Of a DNA stretch of 43,686 nt, positions 11,741 through 23,773 are shown in pieces. The position numbers and the translations under genes were made by a program. Numbering within the stretch: the first letter of the stretch is position 1; each line of letters starts with the position of its first letter. Source of the DNA: Octopus bimaculoides (Eukaryota); assembly GCF_001194135.2 (NCBI RefSeq), contig NC_068981.1, positions 162,137,196 to 162,180,881 on the forward strand. Reading direction: 5' to 3'. The notes under the pieces were generated by a model. The model saw only the letters and a program-made list of their open reading frames with translations. It did not search any database and was not told where the DNA came from.

Positions 11741-12120
11741 CTTTGGAACCAGTGATGGATGGCTGTTATATGAGGATGCTTAGAATGGCACTCAATGTCT
11801 CCTGGAAGAGTCATACAACAAACGCCGACTTATATCAGGGACTACCAAAAATAACATTGAAGATACAGCATAGAAGGATGAGGCTAGCTGGACACCACAT
11901 CAGACACACTGATGAAATTGCTAACAAGCTAGTGCTCTGGTAACCAACAGAAGGAAGAACCAAGAGAGGAAGGAAGAAGACAACCTTTATCGATAACTTG
12001 CTGGAGGATACTGGTACAGGAGCTAAGGACCATTATGGAATATCAAGATGAGCGGGGAAAACTTGTGGAAACAGTCTTGGGGCATCCTGAGGGCCAACCT
12101 AGATAAATAGATAGATAGAT
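11741..12120 (+). pseudogene. LINE ORF2 C-terminus, 3' end and (ATAG)n tail (RTE/RTEX-like)
   Basis: LEPVMDGCYMRMLRMALNVSWKSHTTNADLYQGLPKITLKIQHRRMRLAGHHIRH..EIANKLVLW*PTEGRTKRGRKKTTFIDNLLEDTG. Confidence 0.85.
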
Positions 12121-12159
12121 ATTATTATTATTATTATTGTTATTTTTATTATTATTATT

Positions 12160-12365
12160 CTTGAGTGGAGCAGCGCATGCCACCAAAGTGACACTGGGGT
12201 ATAAATATACAAAGTCCAGTATACCCACTACTCCTGCTCATAATCAGAGATGCACATATCGTCAGCCACTAAGGGACATGCTCAACTGGTTAAGGTCAAG
12301 CAACTGACAAGCAAATCTGTGGTATTGAGTAGAATATTTGCTGTAGTCTGCCTTTTATACCAAGA
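12160..12365 (-). mobile_element. Family F copy, internally deleted, between ATT tracts
   Basis: Homologous to the 4790 and 7436 copies. The segment between atacccact and actcctgctc is missing. Confidence 0.7.
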
Positions 12366-12381
12366 CTAATTATTATTATTA

Positions 12382-12422
<41 letters not shown>

Positions 12423-12424
12423 TT

Positions 12425-12610
12425 CTACTCTAGGCACAAGGCTTGAAAGTTTTGGGGAGGGAGCCAGTCGATTAGATCGACCCCTGTACACAACTGGTAC
12501 TTAATTTATCGACCTCAAAAGGATGAAAGGCAAAGTCCACCCCTGTGGAATTTGAACTCAAACTGTAAAGACAGACGAAATACTGCTAAGCATCTCACCC
12601 AGCATGTTCT
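12425..12610 (-). mobile_element. SINE family D
   Basis: ggcacaaggcttgaaag...gtcgattagatcgacccc...ggatgaaaggcaaagtc...aatttgaactca. Confidence 0.8.
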
Positions 12611-12879
12611 ATAAAATGCTAAGAATTTCTTCTCCCTCAGTTGTCAGAAATAAAATCTTATTTAAATAATACTTTCTTCTATCTTCTCTCTCTCTCTCTC
12701 TCTCTCGTATGCTTTCTCTCTCTATCTCTCTATTTTTCTCTCTTCTTCCCTCTCTTTCTCCATGAAATGTATTGCTTAGACAATGTCTGTTCTCTATTGA
12801 CCAACTGTTACATATATGCCTGCTTAGAAATGAATTTCTATTGCTATCTCCCACTTGATCACCTGTTCTCTCTCTCTTC

Positions 12880-12928
<49 letters not shown>

Positions 12929-13271
12929 GTAATGGCTCTTATTTTACATGTGGAATTTGGTAGGATCAATTATGGCAACTCACATGAAGATATATTCCTC
13001 ATCTCTCAAAATGAGTGGACTCAGTTTCAGCAAAATAACAATAATTATCATAGAGAGCAACCCTGAACCTAACGATGGCCTTGAACAGTTGGTGGTGAAA
13101 CAACATTAATCACTTGACAATTGCTTTTCTAGAATTTCTATAAATTGTTCGAGAATGAAGACAGTGCAAAGACATACCATTCAGCTAACAATGCTTTAAT
13201 CAAAGAAATATGTTATTTAAACCGTGTTGGCACCGCTACATATCTACATACATACATACATACATACATAT

Positions 13272-13460
13272 GCATCATCATCATCATCATTATTCTTTAA
13301 CATCTGTATTCTATGCTGGCATGAGTTGGGTGATTGGACAGAATTCAATGGGAGCAGAAAATTGCATCATGCTCCAATATCTGCTCTGGAATGGTTTCCA
13401 TGGCTGGATACCCTTCCTAATGCCAACCTCTTCACAGACTGTACAGGGTGCTATTTCTCA
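13272..13460 (-). mobile_element. Diverged family-A-type tail
   Basis: (cat)n...tttaacatctg...atgctggcatgagttgg...gctggatacccttcctaatgccaacc. Confidence 0.6.
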
Positions 13461-14034
13461 TGACATCAGCACTAGGTGGTTACTAAATTACTATCAGGAC
13501 AAAGAGAAAACCCAACACCCTTTTCAACCTAGTGGGTTTGTGGTAGATAGGTTGGTGGTTTAAAGTTAACAAAGGAAAAACACCAAGGTTCTACTAAGAA
13601 GGAAAACAGACAGGACACTACACCCTTCAGGAAAGTGGCCCTGGTTGATATGTAGAAAATATGTAAATAGAAATTCCATACAGTGTGCCTAAAGCACATT
13701 CTTTGTAAATTCCGGTAAGAGCTCATATTTTGTAATTACAAATAGATAGTGGGCAGATATTAATTCAATGCGTTGTTCATTCAAAGGATATCCCTCATAT
13801 CCCTGAAACAGCAGTAAGACTACCTTTCTCTTTATAAATGTCCTAGAAATTTTACATTGCCTTGGCTTTGTTGTCTCATTTTATTTAACATATACACGCT
13901 CACACACGACCCACATTAGACCCCTCACTCATATTATTATTGAACCTGGAGTCTAGCAGTGGTCCTTCTGTAGCACTTACATAGTCTTACCTGTATTTTG
14001 AGACTTTGGATACCAAAACCTATCATATATATCT

Positions 14035-14266
14035 TTCACTCTTTTACTTGTTTCAGTCATTTGACTGCAGCCATGCTGGAGCACCACCTTTAGTTTCAGA
14101 AATCAACTCCAGGACTTATTCTTTGTAAGTCTAGTTCTTATTCTATTGGTCTCTTTTTGCCACACTGCTAAGTTATGGGGACGTAAATACACTAAGATCA
14201 GGTTATCAAACGATGGTGAGGGGACAAACACAGACACACAAACATATGCATATATATATATATATA
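14035..14266 (-). mobile_element. SINE family C, 3' half (runs into a gap)
   Basis: Reverse complement matches the tail at 31560-31782. Confidence 0.8.
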
Positions 14267-14906
14267 NNNNNNNNNNNNNNNNNNNNNNNNNNNNNNNNNN
14301 NNNNNNNNNNNNNNNNNNNNNNNNNNNNNNNNNNNNNNNNNNNNNNNNNNNNNNNNNNNNNNNNNNNNNNNNNNNNNNNNNNNNNNNNNNNNNNNNNNNN
14401 NNNNNNNNNNNNNNNNNNNNNNNNNNNNNNNNNNNNNNNNNNNNNNNNNNNNNNNNNNNNNNNNNNNNNNNNNNNNNNNNNNNNNNNNNNNNNNNNNNNN
14501 NNNNNNNNNNNNNNNNNNNNNNNNNNNNNNNNNNNNNNNNNNNNNNNNNNNNNNNNNNNNNNNNNNNNNNNNNNNNNNNNNNNNNNNNNNNNNNNNNNNN
14601 NNNNNNNNNNNNNNNNNNNNNNNNNNNNNNNNNNNNNNNNNNNNNNNNNNNNNNNNNNNNNNNNNNNNNNNNNNNNNNNNNNNNNNNNNNNNNNNNNNNN
14701 NNNNNNNNNNNNNNNNNNNNNNNNNNNNNNNNNNNNNNNNNNNNNNNNNNNNNNNNNNNNNNNNNNNNNNNNNNNNNNNNNNNNNNNNNNNNNNNNNNNN
14801 NNNNNNNNNNNNNNNNNNNNNNNNNNNNNNNNNNNNNNNNNNNNNNNNNNNNNNNNNNNNNNNNNNNNNNNNNNNNNNNNNNNNNNNNNNNNNNNNNNNN
14901 NNNNNN
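14267..14906. other. Assembly gap. Other gaps: 28176-28351, 30919-31391, 31717-31726, 33488-33497, 36198-36355, 37763-38072, 41825-41959
   Basis: N runs. Most abut microsatellites or SINEs. Confidence 0.98.
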
Positions 14907-14959
14907 GCTGGCCTTGTGCCAAAATTTGAAACCAATATTGAAACTTATTTAAATAGGCA

Positions 14960-15200
14960 AATAAGTCTGGTACTTATTCTATTGGCCTCTCTGAGCCACT
15001 CACGTATAGGGATGTAAACAAACCAACACCATCAGCTGTCACACGGAGAGAAGGAGGAACAAACACAAAAGCACACACACACACACACACACACCCACAT
15101 ACATATATATGAAGAGCTTCTATACAATTTATGTCTACCAGATTTGCTCACAAGACATTAGTTGATCCTGGACTATGGTAGAAGATACTAGCCCAAAGTA
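14960..15200 (-). mobile_element. Diverged SINE family C
   Basis: ggtacttattctattggcctct...gatgtaaacaaaccaacacc...(ca)n...gtctaccagatttgctcacaag. Confidence 0.6.
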
Positions 15201-15393
15201 AGCACACATTGAGGCCAGTGGTATATGGTGGTCATTGTATTGGCTGTGATGTCACATCCAATGCCACCAAATTTCAAGCAGGGCTACAACAAAAGTTTTT
15301 CATTAAGATTTGTGATTAAATTAATGAATAAGGTTAATATTTATAATGAATTTGTGATTTTCGATGGATCTATAGTGCATACCTAGCACACCC

Positions 15394-15767
15394 GTGGAGG
15401 CGCAATGGCCTAGTGGTTAGGGCAGTGGACTCGCAGTTTCGATTCCCAGACCGGGCGTTGTGAGTGTTTATTGAGCGAAAACACCTAAAAGCTCCACGAG
15501 GCTCCGGCAGGGGATGGTGGCGAACCCTGCTGTACTCTTTCACCACAACTTTCTCTCACCCTTTCTTCCTGTTTCTGTTGTACCCGTATTGCAAAGGGCC
15601 AGCCTTGTCACACTGTGTCACGCTGAATTTCCCCGAGAACTACGTTAAGGGTACACGTGTCTGTGGAGTGCTCAGCCACTTGCACGTTAATTTCATGAGC
15701 AGGCTGTTCCGTTGATCGGATCAACTGGAACCCTCAACGTCGTAAGCGATGGAGTGCCAACAACAAC
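15394..15767 (+). mobile_element. tRNA-derived SINE family B, near full length, with 21-22 bp TSD
   Basis: A box tggcctagtgg, B-box-like gtttcgattcc, (caa)n tail. TSD atagtgcatacctagcacaccc at 15372-15393 and 15768-15789. Confidence 0.92.
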
Positions 15768-16429
15768 ATAGTGCATACCTAGCACACCCAGAATATATGC
15801 CCCTGATTGAGACTAAACTTCAGACCATGTGGTTGCATAGCAAGTTTCTTAACCACACAGCCATGTAAGTGCTTGTAATGTGTTTGTGTTTTACAAATTA
15901 TTTTATGGGGGAAAAGAAAATAAATCCTTATAATCATTGTTAAAGTGTTGTTTCAATAAAAAATTTTAAAGATTTTAATGATATATTTTAAAACAAATAA
16001 TCCACATAAAGAGAAAGATAAATAACAAAGCATTTTATGAATTTTATTTAAACACTTATGAATGTCAATAGTTTTAAAAGACAATTGAAAAATAACAATT
16101 TATAAATATTATTGCACTTCATAAACAACATGAAAAAACAAGAATTAATATCTAACTTTATTTATAAATTATGTACCTTGAACATTTATAAAACCAAATA
16201 TACAAAGAACAAATGTACACAAGGGAAGGAAAATAAATATTTTATTCTTAATGAAACTATCACTGTTGTGTCACTGAAACCAGATACAGTGAAACTTCAA
16301 TAAATTCTATTCTTAAGGAAGAAGGGTATCTGTTTCAGCTTGCTGTCTGAAGGCGAGAGTTCATTAATAATGTATACATGCACAGTATGGGAATTATATA
16401 CTATGTATACTGAATGAGATTAACATTAA

Positions 16430-16575
16430 CACCTTGGCATTTATCAAGCCCAAATGGTCAACCTATTTTATGTTAAAAAGGCCTGATCCAGCCTCAAACA
16501 CTTACACTACAATGTCATTCTAAAAATAAACAATTACATCATTGAAATTTCAAAGCTATGAGATAACACATGATT
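16430..16575 (-). mobile_element. MITE family E, partial (cut by a family A copy)
   Basis: TTAAcaccttggcattt...ctacaatgtcattctaaaaataaacaattacatcattgaaatttcaaagct. Confidence 0.6.
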
Positions 16576-16587
16576 AATTAAAAGCAA

Positions 16588-16965
16588 TCATCATCATCAT
16601 TTAACGTCCATTTTCCATGCTGGCATGGGTTGGATGGTTTGACAGGAACTGGCTAGCTGGGGAACTGTCCAGACTCCAATTGTCTGTTGTGGCACGGTTT
16701 CTATGACTGGATACCCCTTCTAATGCCAACCACTTTACAGAGTGTACTGAATGCTTATACGTGCCACCAGCAAGAGAAAGGCAGAGGCCAATACAGCTTG
16801 GCACCAGTGACATTACAACTCATTTCTACAGCTGAGTGAACGAGCAACATGAAATAAAATGTCTTGCTCAAGAACACAACACACAACCCAATCCATGCAT
16901 TGAACTCACTACCTCATAATTGTGAGCCTGATGCTCTAACCACTGAGCCATGTGCCTTCACAATA
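16588..16965 (-). mobile_element. Family A tail (16588-~16770) adjoining a family H SINE (~16780-16965)
   Basis: (cat)n tttaacgtccattttccatgctggcatgggttgg. SINE head on minus strand: aaggcacatggctcagtggttagagca...gagttcaat. Confidence 0.7.
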
Positions 16966-17022
16966 TAGCAGTATGCAGCTCCTGTAACTGTGTGTTAATG
17001 AACATACCTAAATCTGTTCTAA

Positions 17023-17248
17023 CCCTTTAACATTTAGATTAATCTGACAAACATAATGATTATTTATTCACATTGTTTTGAATTAATCAAACTTTATCTC
17101 AAATTATGGAGATTTTGATGATGTGATCGTTTATTTTTAGAATGACATCATAGTGTATGTGTGAGAGGTCAGATCTGGTTGGTTTGAACATAAGACAAAG
17201 CAGAATATATGGGCCGGTTATAATGCTAAAGGTTTGAATGGTAAAGGG
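17023..17248 (+). mobile_element. MITE family E with duplicated right terminus
   Basis: ctaa-ccctttaacattt ... aatgctaaaggtttg-aatggtaaaggg-TTAA. Confidence 0.75.
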
Positions 17249-17759
17249 TTAAATGATCATAAGTATTTGTAAAACATAGAGAGCATGCTAATAGTAATGC
17301 AAGTGCTAACTTTCAAACATATTTACCAAGAATGGTACCCAAGATACAGAGGTAAAAAATTTAAAATTAAATGTCACGTACAAACAGCATGTCACTGCAA
17401 TATTTGATTGGTGGATCACTAAATTAGTCTAACGCAAGATACAGGAAAGGGACTGTAGTGTGAAAGGTTTAGTTACATCAAATATAATGCATGAGTTTCA
17501 CATTATTAAACTCACACATTTTATTTGATATAACTTAACTTTTAATAAATTTAAGATCATTTTCAACTTTTTTAACATGATAACACCATTGAGAGAAAAG
17601 AGATACTGCATGGATGTAAATGCTAATTGGTCTTTTAATTCTGGATGGGGCAAAAATTTAATTAATTTTTTGCAGGATCTAGTATTTGTCAACTTGGTTC
17701 TAATGGACTTAAAGTAAATCTAATAAGGACAAAACCTATTCTAAGTTAGCTGGAAGGAA

Positions 17760-18875
17760 GTCATGATTCTATCGAGCACATTGCACCCAATGTAAAATGC
17801 TGGTGCATAAAGGATGAATTGAGATTGCAGGCAGGATGATAGGAATTTGTATGTCGCAGATATATAGGAGTAAGCAGTAAAAGCATTCATGTAAAAAAAT
17901 TATTCAAATGCTTGAAAGGCTTCCTAGAAGTTGACAGCTTCTGTTCATAGATCACCTAATTATCAATTGAAGTTGGGACTCCCAAAAGCATAAAAGCCAG
18001 AGTAAGAACAGGGTAGAAAGCATTCAGGGAACTATTACATCTGCCTGTAATAAAAGGGATCTCTTCTGTTTAATGATTGTGAATGAAGTGCAGTTTTATG
18101 CTAACAAAGCAACAGCATTGAGTGCAGAGGATAAGTGAAGCTTAGAAAGAAAAGAGAACAGATGTAATCTTTTCTACAATAAAAGTATAAGGCCTGAAAT
18201 TTTAATTTTTTTAAGGGTCTAGTCGATTACATTGCATCCAATGCTCAATTGATACTTATTTCACTGACCCCAAAAAGAGGAAAGGTGAAGTCGTCCATGG
18301 CAGAATTTGAACTCAGAATGTATAGAGATGGAAGAAATGCAGTTAAGCCTTTTGTCCAGTGTGTTAACAATTCTGCCTGCCCACCACCTTGAAGAGAGTG
18401 TTAATAAGCAATAGTAAGGGTAAAGGTAATGTTACTTTCTCAAGTCATACTGACTCATAAGGTTCGGTTTCCCTGTTTTATGGCATATATATTCCCCACC
18501 TGGATGGGACACTGGTCTGTTGTAGGGTTAATAATTTTTGCCACCTGAGTGAATTGGAGCAATGTGAGATGAAGTGTTTGCTCAAGAACACAACGCACCA
18601 CCTGGTCCAGGAATCGAAACCACAATCTTACAATCATGAGACTAACAGCCCTAACTACTAAGCCACATGCCTTGACTAATAAACAATGAAGCACAAATGA
18701 GCTGAGAAGAGAAAAGAATATAAGAGAAATTGGCTGAAGCAAGCCAGAGAGGAGACCGCACTGGTTTATACATGTGATGCATATGAAGGAAGACTAGCAA
18801 GGGCTGATCTCAAGATGCTGAAGGAGAAAATGATGGATTGCAACAAATGGGGTGACTCTGTACTGGAAGAGACCT
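17760..18875 (+). pseudogene. Decayed RTE LINE ORF2 C-terminal half, interrupted by two SINEs
   Basis: LEVDSFC..., ARVRTG*KAFRELLHLPVIKGIS, AEDK*SLERK (17920-18160). After the SINEs: ERRPHWFIHVMHMKED and RADLKML...KWGDSVLEET (18745-18875). Confidence 0.6.
18420..18675 (-). mobile_element. Family H SINE with a tail different from the 1196 copy
   Basis: Minus strand: aaggcatgtggcttagtagttagggc...gtggtttcgattcc...gtgttcttgagcaaacacttc...tccaattcactcagg. Confidence 0.7.
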
Positions 18876-19243
18876 ACCACCACCACTACTACCATATACA
18901 TCTACATATATACGTATATGGTGAAAGTGGTGGTGATGGTAATGATGTTCATGATTATGATGATGATGATAGCAATAGTACTAGTGATGGTTCTGGTGGT
19001 GTTGATGTTGAAATAGGTGGAAGATGATGATGGTGATTTTAAAAATGGGCATGATGATAATACAGATGGTGATGATAGAGGTGGTGGTGTTTTGGCTGTG
19101 ATGCATAGAAATTGTGGATAAAGTGATGATATCTTTTATAGTTCTAAGTTGTTTGTTGTGGAGTTCAGAATCCTCAAACCACAAAGCTAGGATAATAAAG
19201 ATTGGGTTGTCAGAAAACATTCATATCCACACCTTGCAAGCCA

Positions 19244-19274
<31 letters not shown>

Positions 19275-20084
19275 TACACATAATGAAAACACAGAACAGA
19301 GAGAAGATGAAGAAAGCTAAGGAGAATGAAAAAATTAAAACAAAACAAATAAATGCAAATATGCACAATCCCCTCATCAATTGTCAAGCAAACATCATCA
19401 CTATTTCAACATCTTTCTGTTCTAACGATCTTGCTCAATCTGGCAGTGTCAGCAACATAAGTTAGTGGGGTAATAGACAAGTGATCATAGAAAATGAACA
19501 AAGACAGGAAATTTTTTTTAAACAAGGAGAGTAATGGAAAAAAAAAAGTAGTCTCTTGACCAAATGGTAAATTAAGATGAGTTGTGGAGAAAATGGAAGA
19601 AAAAATATAAAACAAATGCATATACATACACATAAAAATGTCTTTTGACATAACAACAGAATGAAGACAAGTTGTGCGAAGCAATGTTTAGAGAAAAGAC
19701 AGAGCATTTATCAGTATCAAGAAAAAAAAAAAATGAATGAATGAAACGAGCCAAGAGCAGAGAAAAATGGTGACTGACCAGTTCAAGAAAAAGGTTAGCA
19801 GCAATAGAAATAGGAAGTGGGAAGAGGAAGGCTTGTGGTGTCTTGTAGGCAAATAGAGAAGGAAAGAGTAACAGGTGAGTTGAAAGAAAGAGAGAGAGAG
19901 AATGTAAGTGAAAAAGAGAGAGAGGGGGAGGGAGGAAGGGAGAGTGCTATTAAAGAGACAATCAAACCAAGGGAGGGAAGAGAGGAATGAAGAGAGAGAC
20001 AAATAGAAAGAGGCAAGATTGGAAAGTTAAATGGATAGATACAAAGAGAGATAGAAGGATACAATGATAGAAAGCTAGTTCAGA

Positions 20085-20405
20085 TGATGCTTTTTATGTG
20101 CCACTGGTATGGTAGCCAGTCAAGGGGCATTGGTCACAGCTACCATATTGGTTTTACTTGACTGAACAGGTCTTCTCAAGCATATCATATCACCCAACGC
20201 ATCAGAGGTACTCTTAACTGGGCTGGACATGCATGGCTGCGATCTCACTTTAGTTGTTGGGTCTTCTCAATCACAGTATATCTCGAGAGGTCTTGGTCTC
20301 CTGTCATTGCATCTGTGAGGCCCAATGTTCAAAGGTCATGCTTTACCACCTCATCCCATGTCTTTCTGGGTCTACTTCTTCCACATGGTTCTTCCACAGT
20401 TAGGA
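20085..20405 (-). pseudogene. RTE LINE ORF2 end joined to the start of the family-A 3'UTR
   Basis: LTVEEPCGRSRPRKTWDEVVKHDL*TLGLTDAMTGDQDLSRYTVIEKT, then gcttgagaagacctgttcagtcaag, matching 2660-2720. Confidence 0.8.
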
Positions 20406-20419
20406 TGAAAGGGCCTATT

Positions 20420-20610
20420 ACTCACATGACCAGTTAGCCAGATTCTGAAGTTTACATACTCTCTCTCTGGGTGAGATACTCGCCCATCACAAAATTACTC
20501 ACTTTTGCCAGCTGAGTGGACTGAAGCAAGAACACAACATACCCAGTCCAAGAATTGGAAGCAGTCTTACGATCATGAGAACAACATCCTAAAAATACTA
20601 AACTATGTGT
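20420..20610 (-). mobile_element. Family H SINE, diverged
   Basis: Core ttttgccagctgagtggactgaagcaagaacacaac. Confidence 0.55.
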
Positions 20611-20699
20611 CTCCACATGTACACATATATATATACACACACATCCGTACATCTAAGAATCCATAAGTCAGGAAAAAATGCACTCATATATTTGTCTGT

Positions 20700-20988
20700 A
20701 GAGTGGTTATTTTAATCGAAGTGTACAGTATTATATATCCATTATGACCGATCTTACTGATCGGTTTTGCAGTCAGAATTCATTGGACTGTTAGGTAACA
20801 GTCAGATTATGTAACCCTGTGCTCTTCAGAGACAGCAGTTATGGAATGAAATATAGCAACTTGCTCTCTATTATTGGAGGTGAACAGACACATCCAGTTT
20901 GTGGAAATGTTGTGTCAACAACAAACAAGATGAGGACAAATATTCATCGAATGTAAATAATGTAAATAATGTAAACAATGTAAATAAT
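20700..20988 (+). repeat. Hairpin-rich unclassified element with (AATGTAAAT)x4 tail
   Basis: Stems 20747-20753/20759-20765 and 20786-20793/20796-20803. 9-bp tandem at 20950-20988. Confidence 0.45.
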
Positions 20989-21338
20989 ATCAAACCTTCT
21001 TCTTTAAAGAAATGGCAGTCACCAAATATATTTCACAGGCATAATAATTACAAATTTGAATAGAAAAAAATGTTATATTTGAAGCAAGTGGGATAATTAT
21101 AAAGATTGAAAAAGGCAGTTGGATGGCAGCCAATCATTTTATAGTATCAAATATTCATTGAGGAAATGGTATATGTTTTGAAATGTAATCAACAGTATTG
21201 TTGCCTGGCGACCAACCAGATTTAGGTCCTGCCAGTGAGCCTCTTCCTTTTTTTCTGTTTCTCTTTTTTCCACCCCCACCCCTGTTTCAAATGAATGTTT
21301 ATAATGTTTAATAAGATTTATATTAAAATCCTAACTAA

Positions 21339-21469
<131 letters not shown>

Positions 21470-21956
21470 TTCTTAAATACATGCATGTATTTAATAATAT
21501 ACACATACATGAGCACACAAAAAAGTGAGAAAAAATACAATAATAACAAGACTGTCATCATATATTCAGTTAGGCAATAATATTATTAATGTGTGAACAC
21601 AGTAACTGACAGTTCATGTCTTCAGATTTTCAGGAAATGCTCCCAGAAATCAAATGACTCATTTAACGTGGCTTTTAGCCATAGTATATAATGCAACAAC
21701 GAAGTAGCATTGGTAATGTTGAAAGTAGTTTTATAAGCAGAATTACGAACCTAGTTTCAATACAGTAATCATCTCAAATTTATTTTCTTCTAACTTTTAA
21801 AAGCCTTAGGATCAGTTTCTTGGTATTGATTCGAAATTCTGCAACATATAACAACAGTTGATGTTAGTGTTGTTATGAATGTTTTTTGAGAGATAAATTA
21901 CTGGGTTTGATAATTGATTTAAAAATTTTCTCCCCATTTAAAAAAAAAATATTTAC

Positions 21957-21993
<37 letters not shown>

Positions 21994-22444
21994 AACAACT
22001 ATAGATCAATATATACTGATACAACAGTAATAGATCAACAACTTAAGTAAATATATAGTAAAGATGATGATGATGATGATGATGATGAAGATGTCTGTTA
22101 TTCTTACATCGTCATCATCATCTTTATCGTCATTGTCATTATCATCGTTGTTGTCGTCCTCATCATCATCATCATCAGCAGCAGCTGCAGCATTGCTGCT
22201 GTTAGAAGTGCTGTTGTTATTGTTACATTGCATTTTATATGCATTTATTTGTAAACAAATTTTTGTGTTTTGAGGCAAATTCAGTTGATTTCAAGGAGAA
22301 ATTTTCAAGAATTGCTATGGGGAAAACATGTAAAGGAAAATAACAAAGAAAAATAACTCAGAAACACACACACACACACATATATATATTCATACATACA
22401 TACATACATATATATACACACATATATATACACATATATATGTA

Positions 22445-22479
<35 letters not shown>

Positions 22480-23077
22480 GAGTATATATATATCATCATC
22501 ATCATCATCATCATCGTTTAACGTCCGCTTTCCATGCTAGCATGGGTGTATACATATATCAAAATATCCCCCATAGAAATGTAATATGGTACAATGGCTA
22601 TGGAATTGGATGTTGTGCATTTGTAGTAACCTTCTTTTAAGAAATGGTATGATTAAAAGACCAAACTGTTGCCGAGGTAGCTATGGGAACAAGAGTATTC
22701 AGTCTTTTACTCTTTCATAAAGCCCAGTAACGAAAGAGGCCTCTGTGTAGTGGCTTAACCTGCTAGAAATAGCAGCCAAACCTTCCTCGAACCACACTCT
22801 ACTATATTAAAAAGAGACAGTGTACCTTAACTGGTGTTGTCCTGGATACGTTGTTTATGAGTAAAATATAGGATGGTCACTGTCAGAATGCCTATGGTCA
22901 TAATTCTGGTCAATCAGGGTTGATCAGTGAGCTAAATATTAATAACAAGGATGGCTTCTACAGAGTTAATCACAGTAATTGTTTCCAAGATAAGAACAAA
23001 GCCTGGAATTTTGTCGGAGGAGAATAGTCTAGTATATATATTAACTCATTTACTTCAAGGTGTTAGGGACATCGAAG

Positions 23078-23258
23078 GTGCATGGCCTAACAGTTAGGAT
23101 GCTGGATTCACGATCATAAGATTACAGTCTCTATCCTTGGATGGGTGATGCGTTGTCTTCTTGAATGAAACATTTCACTTCATGATTCTCCAGTCCACTC
23201 AGCTGGTAAAAATGAGTAACCCAGCGATGGACTGACATCTCATCCAGCGAGGAATATA
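23078..23258 (+). mobile_element. Family H SINE (host of the MITE)
   Basis: gaaggtgcatggcctaacagttaggatgc...ctccagtccactcagctggtaaaaatgagtaac. Confidence 0.65.
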
Positions 23259-23494
23259 CAGGGTTGGCCAAAAGTCACCTGACAGTAAATCAAAACCATT
23301 TAATTCCAAGATTTATTTATGTTTAACAACTGAATGAGACTTCACTAATTAACAGACAACTGTTGAAAAAAATGGTGATTTTAACTCACAGCATTCAATT
23401 ATTAAGTATTCATAATTGGAATGAATAAATGAAGTTGAATATTAAGTGTTTACGGAATTTTGATTTACTGTCGGGTGACTTTTGGCCAACCCTG
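23259..23494. mobile_element. Tc1/mariner-type MITE, 236 bp, 37-bp TIR, TA TSD
   Basis: TA|cagggttggccaaaagtcacctgacagtaaatcaaaa ... ttttgatttactgtcgggtgacttttggccaaccctg|TA, with one mismatch between the arms. Confidence 0.9.
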
Positions 23495-23539
23495 TATATG
23501 CTACTAGCCCTATGCTCCTTATGGAGTAATGTGAATTAG

Positions 23540-23773
23540 CCCTTTAGCATTCAGATTAATCTGCCAAATGCAATGCTTATGCATTCACATTGTTTTTAAT
23601 TAAAAATTTATCATCTCATAGCTTTGGGATTTAAATGATGTGATTGTTTACATTTATATTTGACACACCTACCCTACATTGTAGGGTAGGTGTGAGAGGC
23701 CAGATCTGGGTTCCTTGAACTTAAAACAGATGGAATATTTGGACTAGATGTGGCTGTTTAAAATGCCAAAGGG
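23540..23773 (+). mobile_element. MITE family E
   Basis: ttag-ccctttagcattc ... aaatgccaaaggg-ttta. Confidence 0.75.

Noticed and set aside
14146-14952. Long ORFs spanning N runs (also at 28045, 30741, 36097, 37504, 41628)
   Set aside because: Open only because N codons contain no stops.
15394-15470. tRNA-like heads at 15394, 24460-24531 and 37420
   Set aside because: They continue into SINE bodies with tails (and TSDs for family B) and lack a proper acceptor stem, so they are not tRNA genes.
19480-20060. Long purine-rich tract (possible triplex DNA)
   Set aside because: Degenerate (GA)-derived low-complexity sequence without a clear mirror repeat, common in this window.
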